Shown here piece by piece: positions 55,226-64,000 of a stretch of DNA of 64,000 nucleotides. How positions within the stretch are numbered: position 1 is the stretch's first letter; each line of letters begins with the position of its first letter. The translations under genes and the position numbers were made by a program. The DNA is from Candidatus Omnitrophota bacterium (GTDB taxonomy: Bacteria > Omnitrophota > Gorgyraeia > Gorgyraeales > Gorgyraeaceae): positions 1,856 through 65,855 of the forward strand of contig JAUYDX010000088.1 of NCBI GenBank assembly GCA_030691625.1, written 5' to 3'. The notes under the pieces were generated by a model. It worked only from the letters and a program-made list of their open reading frames with translations. It was not told the origin of the DNA and did not search any database.

Positions 55226-55570
55226 TTAGAATTTCGTCTTAAAGATATATTTTGCCTCGTTATTTTTAAATTCAGGCCTGCCTTTTATGCGGAAGATCCT
55301 GACGCTGGTTTTTTCCCTTACCTTGGATTCCACTTCCTTTGCCTTGAAATAAGCATAAAATATATCTATCCCGAGATTCTGTCTCCATTGTTCCCTCAAA
55401 ACTATCTTTTCCGCGTTTTCGTCAATCCTGGTATTTCCAGGCTGGGCATTTATCCATTCAGAGAAAGAACAGGATGCTGAATTTGCCGCAATTCCGGAAT
55501 CTGCGCCTGCGTACGCCAATGCAGGCGTCATAGCTAAAACCAGGATTAGGGCAATATTCAGCCTGGCCAT
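55226..55570 (-). CDS. small secreted hypothetical protein
   Basis: signal peptide MARLNIALILVLAMTPALAYA; RBS AGGAGGA. Confidence 0.4.
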   Translation of the reverse strand: MARLNIALILVLAMTPALAYAGADSGIAANSASCSFSEWINAQPGNTRIDENAEKIVLREQWRQNLGIDIFYAYFKAKEVESKVREKTSVRIFRIKGRPEFKNNEAKYIFKTKF

Positions 55571-55654
55571 CTTATCCTCCTACTATAACTATACCACATT
55601 TTTACAGCCAATTCAAATTCATAACCATATATATTATAATAAGTTACGCCTCAA

Positions 55655-55738
55655 AAAACAACTTGACGCGGAGACATTGTCTCAATGTCAAGAAACAACT
55701 TTACATTGAGACAATGACGCAATGTAAAGTTGTTTGGG
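55655..55738. repeat. tandem pair of family-1 palindromes (degenerate copy P + variant copy Q) in divergent intergenic region
   Basis: AACAACTTGACGCGGAGACATTGTCTCAATGTCAAG followed by AAACAACTTTACATTGAGACAATGACGCAATGTAAAGTTGTTT. Confidence 0.8.
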
Positions 55739-55872
55739 ATGGGGCGTGGTACGCAATGTCTGCCAGGCAATCTTAAGTGCCTTGTTTGTCCTTGTCTACC
55801 CTATTTTCGGGAGGTATATTAAATTTGCTTATTTTCTCCAATTTAGTATCTCGCCAAACCATGGAGGCCCAC

Positions 55873-57405
55873 ATGAAACCAGCAGTTTTCTTTATCGCGT
55901 TTTCTATCCTGGCAATAAACTTGAGCCTTGCGTGCCTTGCAGCGGAATCGTGGGAACGAGTACCGGGATTCAACGAAGCAGACCTTATGGATATAGCAAT
56001 AGATTTTTACAATAAGGGCGCTGTGTACGCAGCCGGAGAAAATACCCTGTATAAAAGCCAGACAATAAATGGGCCATGGACAGCCGTTTTTTCTATCGAA
56101 GGAGAAAATAACAGCATCAATTTTATAGCTATTTTTGAAAGCGGGATATTTGCCTGCACAAAAAACGGCGTGTTTAAAAGCGCAGACCAGGGCGCAACAT
56201 GGAAAAGGGTATATAAAGGCATGGGCGTAAAAGAGAACAATGTCCGGCATGCGGCATTCCTAAAGGACAGGGGGATTTTTCTGGGGACGCAGGCAGGGCT
56301 TTTTAAAAGCGCGGATAACGGGGCCTCTTGGGAAAAATACCAGGATGAATCCAAAGGGTTTAATATAAGATGGATAGAGTTTTTGGGCGAATATATATTT
56401 CTTGCGACAGAAAAAGGCGCGTACAGGGGTTCGGGATCCGGCTGGAAAAGGATATTCGGCATTATGGCGCAGGAAGGCGAGTTTGATCCTGATGCGATAG
56501 ATGAGTCTATCCAGGCGGTAAAGCCTGTGAATAGCATCCTGGTTCGCGCAGATGACGTATTACTAGCAACGGATTCAGGGATATTTATAAGCCGGGACAA
56601 GGGAGAGACATGGAAAAGGTTTGACCAGGAAGGGCTTTTGTCTCTGGCAGTGAAAAGGCTTTTATTCAGCGAGGCGCTTTACGCAGTTACAGATAAAGGT
56701 ATATTTATTTTTTCAGAAAAAGAGAGGCTGTGGCACAGCCTGTATAGCGGTATGGATACAAGAGGGACAAAAGACATGGCAATCGACCGGGATGGAAATA
56801 TCCTGGCTGCTACAAAAAAAGGCCTGTATGCGCTTTCTAAAAACAAGACTTACGCGGCCGGGGATGACAGCGGATACCCTCAAGATAAGAAACAGGATAT
56901 ATTGAACAGTTTTGATTTCGAGCCTTCTATAGGAGATATCCAAAAGGCAGCTATTGAATATGCGGAGGTGCATCCGGATAAAATAAAGGAATGGAGAAAC
57001 TCCGCTGACAAAAAAGCCCTGCTTCCAAATGTCTCCGTGGGCCTTGATAGATATGTGACCGATCTTCTTCACTGGGATTCAGGGACAAATCCGGACACAT
57101 TGCAAAAAGGAAAAGATACTGTGGAGTGGGATGTCACTATGACATGGGATATGAGCGAGCTTATATGGAATTCAGACCAGACATCCATAGACACGCGTTC
57201 AAAACTGATGGTAGAACTCAGGGATGACATAATGAACGAGGTTACCAGGACCTATTTTGAAAGAAGGCGGCTGCAGATAGAGATGTTGACCTCGCCCCCG
57301 CAGGATTTAAAACTCAGCCTGGAGAAGGAGCTGAGGCTCCAGGAACTCACCGCGGACATAGACGCCCTTACCGGCGGCTACCTCTCTAAGTATACAGAAA
57401 AATAG
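55873..57405 (+). CDS. secreted BNR/Asp-box repeat protein (Ycf48-like beta-propeller) with C-terminal domain
   Basis: repeated S/A-x-D-x-G-x-(T/S)-W motifs (FKSADQGATW, FKSADNGASW, ISRDKGETW), signal peptide. Confidence 0.6.
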   Translation: MKPAVFFIAFSILAINLSLACLAAESWERVPGFNEADLMDIAIDFYNKGAVYAAGENTLYKSQTINGPWTAVFSIEGENNSINFIAIFESGIFACTKNGVFKSADQGATWKRVYKGMGVKENNVRHAAFLKDRGIFLGTQAGLFKSADNGASWEKYQDESKGFNIRWIEFLGEYIFLATEKGAYRGSGSGWKRIFGIMAQEGEFDPDAIDESIQAVKPVNSILVRADDVLLATDSGIFISRDKGETWKRFDQEGLLSLAVKRLLFSEALYAVTDKGIFIFSEKERLWHSLYSGMDTRGTKDMAIDRDGNILAATKKGLYALSKNKTYAAGDDSGYPQDKKQDILNSFDFEPSIGDIQKAAIEYAEVHPDKIKEWRNSADKKALLPNVSVGLDRYVTDLLHWDSGTNPDTLQKGKDTVEWDVTMTWDMSELIWNSDQTSIDTRSKLMVELRDDIMNEVTRTYFERRRLQIEMLTSPPQDLKLSLEKELRLQELTADIDALTGGYLSKYTEK

Positions 57406-57409
57406 GCGC

Positions 57410-57457
57410 CCCCAACAACTTTACACTTGTGACATTGTTTGAAGTGTCAAGTTGTTT
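57410..57457. repeat. family-1 palindrome copy R
   Basis: inverted repeat. Confidence 0.9.
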
Positions 57458-57520
57458 GAAGGGCGTAATTTGTAATTTTACTCTTGACGCAATAGTTCAT
57501 ATATGATAAACTTATGAGCA

Positions 57521-58567
57521 ATGGAAAAAATAAACCGCGGAAGATTTGCAAAAATCGGGCTAGTCTGTCTTGCAATTTTATTTTTCCTGCCGTTATTTAA
57601 TATCTCTTATATATATGCCGCTAAGGATAAAGGAATAGCCGCGGATTCAGAGACCTATAGGGAAAAAGGCTATGAGGCGCAGCAGCGCGGTGATATAGAT
57701 ACCGCCATAGAATGGTATCAGAAGGCAGCCAATATCAAGCCTGATTTCGCAGCCCCGCACAACGACCTGGGAATTCTTTTTGAGACAAAAGGCTGGCTGG
57801 ACAGGGCGGAATCAGAATACCAGAAAGCGCTCGCGATAGATTCAAGCTACAAAGAGGTGCATACGAACCTGGCGCTTCTTTATGAAAGAAAAGGGGAGCT
57901 GGAAAAGGCGGCGTTTCACTGGATGAGAAGGTATAAACTGGGCGACGCCGAGGACCCGTGGACCCAGGAGGCTAAAAGCAGGCTGGAAAAACTAGGGCTT
58001 CTTGATAAGACAGAAAGATCAGGGCAAAATGCCCAGCAGCGGACCTCGATTAAAAAAGCCCTGGAAAAAGAGGAATCGCCGAAGGCCAAGACGTCAAAAC
58101 CTGTTCCGAAAAAGCAGAAACCCGAGGCAAAGGTAAAAAAGGATTCCGGATGGACCAGGGTAGGCGCTGGAAAAACTTCTCCGGAAAAGAAAGAATCCGT
58201 TGACAATACTACGAGTAAGGCTCTTGATAAGGAGCTGGAGGAATCGCTGAAGCTGGCAGAGGAAAGGCTGCGTAAGGAAAAAAGCTCTAAGGTGATAGCT
58301 GAAGGCCGGGCAAACAGCATGTACTCCAAGGCAAGGGATTATTACAGTAAAGGCGAGTACTCAAAGGCATTGGATGCAATAAGGCTCGCCAAGCAGAACA
58401 CACCTGACAATAAATCCCTGCTGGAGCTGGAAGAGGAAATCAAGTTTAAAATGAAGGAGGAGAGGATACAGGATCACTTTAAAGAAGGCATGATACGCTA
58501 CCGCCAGAAAGATTTTGCAGGCGCCAGAAAAGAGTTTGAAGCGATCTTGAGCATTTTACCCGAATAG
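57521..58567 (+). CDS. TPR-repeat protein with lysine-rich linker
   Basis: signal/anchor, N-terminal and C-terminal TPR blocks separated by K/E-rich region. Confidence 0.65.
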   Translation: MEKINRGRFAKIGLVCLAILFFLPLFNISYIYAAKDKGIAADSETYREKGYEAQQRGDIDTAIEWYQKAANIKPDFAAPHNDLGILFETKGWLDRAESEYQKALAIDSSYKEVHTNLALLYERKGELEKAAFHWMRRYKLGDAEDPWTQEAKSRLEKLGLLDKTERSGQNAQQRTSIKKALEKEESPKAKTSKPVPKKQKPEAKVKKDSGWTRVGAGKTSPEKKESVDNTTSKALDKELEESLKLAEERLRKEKSSKVIAEGRANSMYSKARDYYSKGEYSKALDAIRLAKQNTPDNKSLLELEEEIKFKMKEERIQDHFKEGMIRYRQKDFAGARKEFEAILSILPE

Positions 58568-58632
58568 GCGCCCGCTCCTGAAACATGCAAGTAAATCCCA
58601 CTCTATATTAGAAAATCCCAAGTAAATATCAG

Positions 58633-61293
58633 ATGACGAAAAAAGAAAAGCTTTTTTTGATAGACGGAAACTCTTATTGTTACAGGGCTTTTTACGCCAT
58701 AAAGGACCTTAGGAATTCAAAAGGCCGGCCTACGAACGCCGCGTACGGTTTTGTCCTGATGCTAAGGAAACTGCTGGAAAAGGAAAAGCCGGATTATATC
58801 GGCGTGGCGTTTGACCTGAAAGGCCCCACGTTCAGGCATAAACAGTTTGAGGATTACAAGGCGCACAGAAAGCCCATGCCTGATGACCTCGTGAGCCAGA
58901 TGGATTTGATCAAGGAGATTATATCAGCTTACAGGATAGCCATTTTTGAAAAACAGGGTTTTGAGGCAGATGACATACTGGCAACAATAGCGGAAAAGGC
59001 GTCTCTGGCAGGCATAGACGTTTACATAGTTACAGGCGACAAGGACATGCTGCAGATAATAAACAACCGTATAAAGGTTTACAGCACCCATAAAGACGAT
59101 CTCGTGTATGACAATGAAAAGGTAAAGGAGAGGTTCTTGGGCCTCGGCCCTGAGAACATAACGGATTTCATAGCCCTGGCAGGCGATACCAGCGACAATA
59201 TACCGGGCGTACGCGGTATAGGCGAAAAAACAGCCATAGAGCTGATAAAGGAATTCGGCGACATAGACTCTCTTTACAAAAATCTGGACAATATTAAGAG
59301 CGAATCAAAAAGAAAGATGCTGGGGGAGCAGGAGGAAAACGCCAGGATGTCCAAAGAGCTCGCAACAGTGGACAGAAACGTGCCCATAGAGATAGACTTT
59401 GGCGCTATGCGGGTGAAAGGCCCTGACCAGGAAGCGCTTCTCGCTATTTTCAAAGACCTGGAATTTAAGAATTTCGCGAAAGAGATCGCCTCGCGTGATT
59501 CAGATGTCCACAAAGAGGCATGCTATAAGACAATTTCAAGCGCAGGAGGCCTCGACTCATTTATTAAAGAGCTCGGGAAACAAAAGGAATTTGTCCTGGA
59601 TATTGAGACCACGAGCGAACAGCCGATGGAGGCTGAACTGGTAGGTATTTCGTTTTGCTGGAAAGACGGGGAGGCGTATTACGTAGCGCTGAAAAATATC
59701 CCGGACGCAATGAAGGAACTGAAACCTATCCTTGAAGACGAAAAGATAAAAAAGATCGGACAGAATATAAAATACGACAAGCTGGTTTTGTCGCGCTATG
59801 GCGCGGATGTCAGAGGCATAGCATTTGATACAATGATAGCGGCATATCTATTGAATCCTTCCAGTATGAGCCATGGCCTGGATGACCTCGCGTTTGAATA
59901 TCTGGACCACAAGATGACGCCTATTGACGAGCTCCTGGGTAAGGGCAAAAAAAAGGTCACCATGGACATGGTGGACATTGAAAAGGTATCCATGTATTCC
60001 TGCGGAGACAGCGACGTTACGCTGAGGCTTAAAAATATATTCGAAAAAGAGCTTTCCAAAAAAGAGCTCGAGCCCCTTTTCCGGGACATAGAACTGCCGC
60101 TGGTGGATGTCCTGACTGATATGGAAAAAAACGGGGTAAAGATAGACTCAGATTTTTTAAAAGGGGCGTCTATCGATATGGAAAAAGAGCTTTTAGTCCT
60201 CATTAGGGACATATATAAAATAGCCGGCGAAGAATTCAATATAAATTCCCCTAAACAGCTTAGCCGGATCCTGTTTGAAAAACTGGGGCTGCCCGTAGTA
60301 AAAAAGACAAAAACAGGGGCTTCTACTGACGTGGAGGTCCTGGAGAGGCTTTCTCCGATGCATCCTCTTCCAAAGGAACTCCTGAGGTACAGGGAACTGT
60401 CCAAACTTAAATCTACTTACGTGGACGCCCTGCCCGAGCTTATCAATAAAAAAACAGGCAGGCTTCACACGTCTTTTAACCAGGCGATCACAGCCACTGG
60501 CAGGCTTTCGTCGTCCAACCCAAATCTCCAGAATATCCCCATAAAAACAGAAGAGGGCAGAAAGATCAGAAAGGCGTTTATCGGGGAAAAAGGGAATCTC
60601 ATAATGTCAGCTGATTATTCCCAGATAGAGCTTAGGATACTGGCGCACCTTTCAAAAGACCCTGAGCTGATATCAGCCTTTGAGCAGGACAGGGACGTGC
60701 ACAGCCACACGGCGTCGCTTATTTTTGGGGTGAGCGAAAAAGAAGTCACGCCTGAGATGAGGTCTAATGCCAAGACAGTGAATTTCGGGATTATTTACGG
60801 TATCAGCGGATTCGGGCTGGGTAAATCCCTTAATACAGACCCTGCCAGCGCCCAGGAGTTCATAGATGCTTATTTCGAGAGATATCCGCGTGTAAAAGTC
60901 TATATGGAGGATAAAATAGAGGAAGCCAGAAGCTCCGGATATGTGACAACCCTTTTTAACAGGCGCAGGTATATCCCTGAGATCCAGACAGGCGGCATGA
61001 GAGAAAAACAGCAGGCAGAGCGTATTGCCATAAATACGCCTGTGCAGGGCTCTGCCGCGGACTTGATAAAGATAGCCATGATAAATATTTACACAGAGAT
61101 GAGGAAAAGGAAAATGAAGTCGCTGATGACAATGCAGGTCCACGACGAACTTGTGTTCGAGGTGGTTAAAAGCGAATTAGAGGAAATGAAGGAATTGGTA
61201 AAAAGGGAGATGGAAGGCGCTGTGAAGCTCTCAGTGCCTGTCAAGGTAAGCATCCAGTGCGGCAAAAACTGGCTGGATATGGAGGACGCGTAG
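58633..61293 (+). CDS. polA: DNA polymerase I
   Basis: 5'-3' exonuclease, 3'-5' exo-like and polymerase domains; motif A DYSQIELR, motif C QVHDELVFE. Confidence 0.97.
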   Translation: MTKKEKLFLIDGNSYCYRAFYAIKDLRNSKGRPTNAAYGFVLMLRKLLEKEKPDYIGVAFDLKGPTFRHKQFEDYKAHRKPMPDDLVSQMDLIKEIISAYRIAIFEKQGFEADDILATIAEKASLAGIDVYIVTGDKDMLQIINNRIKVYSTHKDDLVYDNEKVKERFLGLGPENITDFIALAGDTSDNIPGVRGIGEKTAIELIKEFGDIDSLYKNLDNIKSESKRKMLGEQEENARMSKELATVDRNVPIEIDFGAMRVKGPDQEALLAIFKDLEFKNFAKEIASRDSDVHKEACYKTISSAGGLDSFIKELGKQKEFVLDIETTSEQPMEAELVGISFCWKDGEAYYVALKNIPDAMKELKPILEDEKIKKIGQNIKYDKLVLSRYGADVRGIAFDTMIAAYLLNPSSMSHGLDDLAFEYLDHKMTPIDELLGKGKKKVTMDMVDIEKVSMYSCGDSDVTLRLKNIFEKELSKKELEPLFRDIELPLVDVLTDMEKNGVKIDSDFLKGASIDMEKELLVLIRDIYKIAGEEFNINSPKQLSRILFEKLGLPVVKKTKTGASTDVEVLERLSPMHPLPKELLRYRELSKLKSTYVDALPELINKKTGRLHTSFNQAITATGRLSSSNPNLQNIPIKTEEGRKIRKAFIGEKGNLIMSADYSQIELRILAHLSKDPELISAFEQDRDVHSHTASLIFGVSEKEVTPEMRSNAKTVNFGIIYGISGFGLGKSLNTDPASAQEFIDAYFERYPRVKVYMEDKIEEARSSGYVTTLFNRRRYIPEIQTGGMREKQQAERIAINTPVQGSAADLIKIAMINIYTEMRKRKMKSLMTMQVHDELVFEVVKSELEEMKELVKREMEGAVKLSVPVKVSIQCGKNWLDMEDA

Positions 61294-61392
61294 GGTTCTC
61301 GACTTTGCTGCCGTAATAAGCTTTCGTGACCGCTCGAACAATATTGTTCGAGCGGACGTTGTGGCTATGCATGTAAGCTTAGTCGAGAACCC
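61293..61392. mobile_element. family-4 MITE between polA and coaE, perfect 12-bp TIRs GGGTTCTCGACT/AGTCGAGAACCC
   Basis: TIRs and internal CGCTCGAACAATATTGTTCGAGCG palindrome. Confidence 0.85.
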
Positions 61393-61408
61393 TTGCGACG
61401 AGAAAGAC

Positions 61409-61948
61409 ATGGTAATAGGCGTTACAGGAAGTTTTGGGAGCGGGAAGACCACAGTGGCCAGGATGTTTGCGAAGCTCGGGGCATATTATATAGACGCTGA
61501 CAGGGTGTATCATTCCCTTTTGAGACATGACAGCGCTATGCGTAAAAAAATTATAAAGCATTTCGGCGAGACCGTAACTATGAGCGCGGGAAAGATAGAC
61601 ACAAAAAAGCTTGCGAAGATCGTGTTCAGCGACCGCGCGAAACTTGATTTATTGAACAGGTTGACCCATCCTGCGATAAAAAACAAGATAAAGGACATGA
61701 TCCGCGCTGAAAAAACAAGGGATATTGTCCTTGAGGCGCCGCTTCTTATTGAATCTCGCTTTTACAGGGAGGCGGATATTGTCATAGTCATTGAAGGGAG
61801 AGAAAAAGAAGACGCGCTCATGAGAACAAGGATGCAGATGCCTTTAAATAAAAAACTGGCATTTGCTGATTTTATCATAGATAATAGCGGAACCAGAGAA
61901 AAGACATTCAGCCAGGTCAGGGAGATCTGGAAAAAAAGAGGAGAATAA
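61409..61948 (+). CDS. coaE: dephospho-CoA kinase
   Basis: [17 protein letters not shown]-loop; ORF-track upstream start lies inside family-4 MITE. Confidence 0.85.
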   Translation: MVIGVTGSFGSGKTTVARMFAKLGAYYIDADRVYHSLLRHDSAMRKKIIKHFGETVTMSAGKIDTKKLAKIVFSDRAKLDLLNRLTHPAIKNKIKDMIRAEKTRDIVLEAPLLIESRFYREADIVIVIEGREKEDALMRTRMQMPLNKKLAFADFIIDNSGTREKTFSQVREIWKKRGE

Positions 61949-61949
61949 C

Positions 61950-63215
61950 ATGGAAACAAAGGAAAAACTGGATATTGAAAAATTGAAATCAATGAAGATA
62001 TCTGAATTGAACAAGCTCGCCCACGGATTAAACGTGAACAGCGTGAGCGGCCTTAAGAAGCAGGACCTGATATTCAAGGTGCTTCAGGCGCAGACAGAAA
62101 AAGACGGGCTTATATTCGGGGAAGGGGTCCTGGAGATACTGCCGGACGGTTTTGGATTTTTACGCTCTCCTAATTATAATTATCTGCCGTGCCCGGATGA
62201 TATATACATATCCCCGTCCCAGATAAGGAAATTTGAACTGAGGACAGGGGATACTGTGAGCGGCCAGATACGGCCCCCTAAAGAGGGCGAAAGATATTTC
62301 GCACTGCTAAAGGTAGAGGCTGTAAATTTTGAAAGCCCGGAGGCTGCGAAAGACAAGATTCTCTTTGACAACCTCACTCCTATATATCCCAATGTCAGGT
62401 ATAAGCTGGAGACCAAGGCCCAGGACATATCTATGCGCATAATGGATCTGTTGACGCCTGTAGGAAAAGGCCAGAGGGGCATGATAGTCGCGCCTCCGTA
62501 TAGCGGCAAAACCATAATAATGCAGAAAATAGCCAACAGCATCGCGACCAATTTTCCTGATACTGTTATAATGGTGCTCTTGATAGACGAGCGGCCTGAA
62601 GAGGTTACTGACATGCAGAGGTCTGTAAAGGGCGAGGTCGTCAGTTCCACATTTGACGAGCCTGCTGAAAGGCATGTGCAGGTGGCTGAAATGGTGCTTG
62701 AAAAGGCAAAGAGGCTCGTGGAGCATAATAAAGACGTTGTGATTCTCCTGGACAGCATTACCAGGCTTGCAAGGGCGTATAATTCTGTTGTGCCGCATTC
62801 CGGCAAGATACTCTCGGGCGGCGTGGATTCAAACGCGCTTCATAAACCGAAAAGATTTTTCGGAGCTGCCAGGAATATAGAGGAAGGCGGCAGCCTCACT
62901 GTCATAGCCACAGCGCTTGTGGATACAGGTTCCAGGATGGATGAGGTAATTTTTGAAGAATTCAAAGGCACAGGCAACATGGAACTCCAGCTCGACAGGA
63001 CACTTTTCCAGAGAAGGGTTTATCCCGCGATAGACATAAAGAGGTCCAACACAAGGAAAGAAGAGCTGCTTGTAGATCCAAAAGAGCTACAGAGGATATG
63101 GATACTTAGAAAGGTTTTGAACGAGCTCAATAGCGTGGAGGCAATGGAACTTTTAATTGAAAAGATATCAAAGACCAAGACAAACGAGGATTTTCTGAGC
63201 AACATGAACCAGTAG
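61950..63215 (+). CDS. rho: transcription termination factor Rho
   Basis: N-terminal RNA-binding domain, Walker [10 protein letters not shown] and R loops. Confidence 0.95.
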   Translation: METKEKLDIEKLKSMKISELNKLAHGLNVNSVSGLKKQDLIFKVLQAQTEKDGLIFGEGVLEILPDGFGFLRSPNYNYLPCPDDIYISPSQIRKFELRTGDTVSGQIRPPKEGERYFALLKVEAVNFESPEAAKDKILFDNLTPIYPNVRYKLETKAQDISMRIMDLLTPVGKGQRGMIVAPPYSGKTIIMQKIANSIATNFPDTVIMVLLIDERPEEVTDMQRSVKGEVVSSTFDEPAERHVQVAEMVLEKAKRLVEHNKDVVILLDSITRLARAYNSVVPHSGKILSGGVDSNALHKPKRFFGAARNIEEGGSLTVIATALVDTGSRMDEVIFEEFKGTGNMELQLDRTLFQRRVYPAIDIKRSNTRKEELLVDPKELQRIWILRKVLNELNSVEAMELLIEKISKTKTNEDFLSNMNQ

Positions 63216-63223
63216 ATTAGACC

Positions 63224-63270
63224 ATGTCCAACTTCGCAAGTTGCCCACGGCAACTTGCGAAGTTGGACAT
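63224..63270. repeat. family-2 palindrome (CCAACTTCGCAAGTTGCC variant) between rho and rpmE
   Basis: ATGTCCAACTTCGCAAGTTGCC-CAC-GGCAACTTGCGAAGTTGGACAT. Confidence 0.9.
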
Positions 63271-63282
63271 AAGACACCATAA

Positions 63283-63499
63283 GGGGGAGAAAATGAAAGA
63301 CAAAATTCATCCGGAATACAAAGACGCCACAATCACATGCGCGTGCGGTGAGGTGGTACACACCCGTTCCACAAAACAGAACATACGCGTGGAAATCTGT
63401 TCCAAGTGCCACCCGTTTTTTACAGGCAAGCAGAAATTCGTGGACTCCGCGGGCAGGGTGGAAAAGTTTCTTAAAAAATACAAAAAGAGTTCTTCCTAA
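63283..63499 (+). CDS. rpmE: 50S ribosomal protein L31
   Basis: MKDKIHPEY..CxC...CxKCHPF zinc-ribbon L31; ORF-track start lies inside a palindrome. Confidence 0.9.
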
Positions 63500-63510
63500 C
63501 AACTTTATAC
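63498..63510. repeat. truncated family-1 left arm (copy S) fused to a family-2 palindrome
   Basis: TAACAACTTTATAC only, followed by family-2 element. Confidence 0.5.
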
Positions 63511-63520
63511 AAAAATAAAT

Positions 63521-63567
63521 AACCTCGCAGGTTACCTACGAGGTAACCTGCGAGGTTGAGGTGGTTT
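63521..63567. repeat. family-2 palindrome supplying RBS of prfA
   Basis: AACCTCGCAGGTTACCTACGAGGTAACCTGCGAGGTTGAGGTGG then TTTTAAATG. Confidence 0.9.
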
Positions 63568-63570
63568 TAA

Positions 63571-64000
63571 ATGTTTAAGAGGCTGGATTCTTTATTGAAG
63601 CGGTATGAGGAATTGCACGTTCTGATGGCTGATAGCGAGATCGCGTCTGATTCTGACAAATATCAAAGGCTTGCCAAAGAGCTGGCGTCTATGGAAGACA
63701 AGGTGTCTAAATATAAGGAATACAAAAAGATCCTTTCTGAGATAGAAGGCGCCCTTCATGTAATGGAAAAGGAAACGCACGAGGAGCTGGTCCAGATGGC
63801 AAAAAATGAGCTGCAGGAGCTCGAGGCAAAAAAGGCAGCGCTCCAGGCAGAGCTTGAGGAGAAGATGCTTGACGAGGATCCTGATTCTGACAAGGATGTG
63901 ATAATGGAGATAAGGGCGGGCACAGGGGGCCGAGAGGCGTCACTTTTCGCAGGGGATCTTTTCAGGATGTATTCCAAGTACGCCGCGAACAATGGCTGGA
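63571..64000 (+). CDS. prfA: peptide chain release factor 1 (3' partial)
   Basis: [17 protein letters not shown]... RF1 N-terminus, runs off window; start 5 nt after GAGGTGG of a family-2 palindrome. Confidence 0.9.
   Translation, partial: MFKRLDSLLKRYEELHVLMADSEIASDSDKYQRLAKELASMEDKVSKYKEYKKILSEIEGALHVMEKETHEELVQMAKNELQELEAKKAALQAELEEKMLDEDPDSDKDVIMEIRAGTGGREASLFAGDLFRMYSKYAANNGW

Overview
This 64 kb window is a densely packed, mostly plus-strand block of housekeeping genes from a Gram-negative-type bacterium (TonB, beta-barrel outer-membrane proteins, LysM, RlpA-like). Genes include groES/groEL, a MoxR-DUF58 operon, dnaE, hup, hisS, aspS, phoH, a PgpH-like 7TM-HD protein, ybeY, recO, glyQ/glyS, ppdK, a sigma-70 family factor, apt, tRNA-Arg(CCT), cysE, cspA, polA, coaE, rho, rpmE and prfA. 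The window stands out for two things.

(1) Four unrelated families of miniature palindromic (REP/MITE-like) elements, about 40 copies in 64 kb.
- Family 1 is a 40-47 bp palindrome of the form AACAACTTGACACTT..AAGTGTCAAGTTGTT, with about 19 copies placed at stop-codon/RBS junctions.
- Family 2 is a roughly 45 bp palindrome CCACCTCAACCTCGCAGGTTACC..GGTAACCTGCGAGGTTGAGGTGG. Its GAGGTGG ends sit at Shine-Dalgarno distance from several start codons. Two copies flank a REP-associated tyrosine transposase (RAYT) gene, forming a REPtron.
- Family 3 is a GC-rich hairpin, TGGTGCCAGGCAC..GTGCCTGGCACCA.
- Family 4 is a roughly 100 bp MITE with GGTTCTCGACT terminal inverted repeats.
- Several copies lie in frame inside coding genes (dnaE) or supply the C-terminus and stop codon of host genes (ybeY, hisS, patatin, a TPR-membrane protein).

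(2) Two c-di-GMP-I (GEMM) riboswitch-like RNAs.
- One sits in the leader of an RlpA-like lipoprotein gene.
- The other has its own sigma-70-type promoter and terminator on the minus strand. It is convergent with, and positioned to drive antisense transcription into, a REC-GGDEF-MshEN gene (a diguanylate cyclase plus c-di-GMP receptor).

dnaE carries a one-nucleotide frameshift in a T5A5 run. No CRISPR array, prophage or classical defence island was seen.
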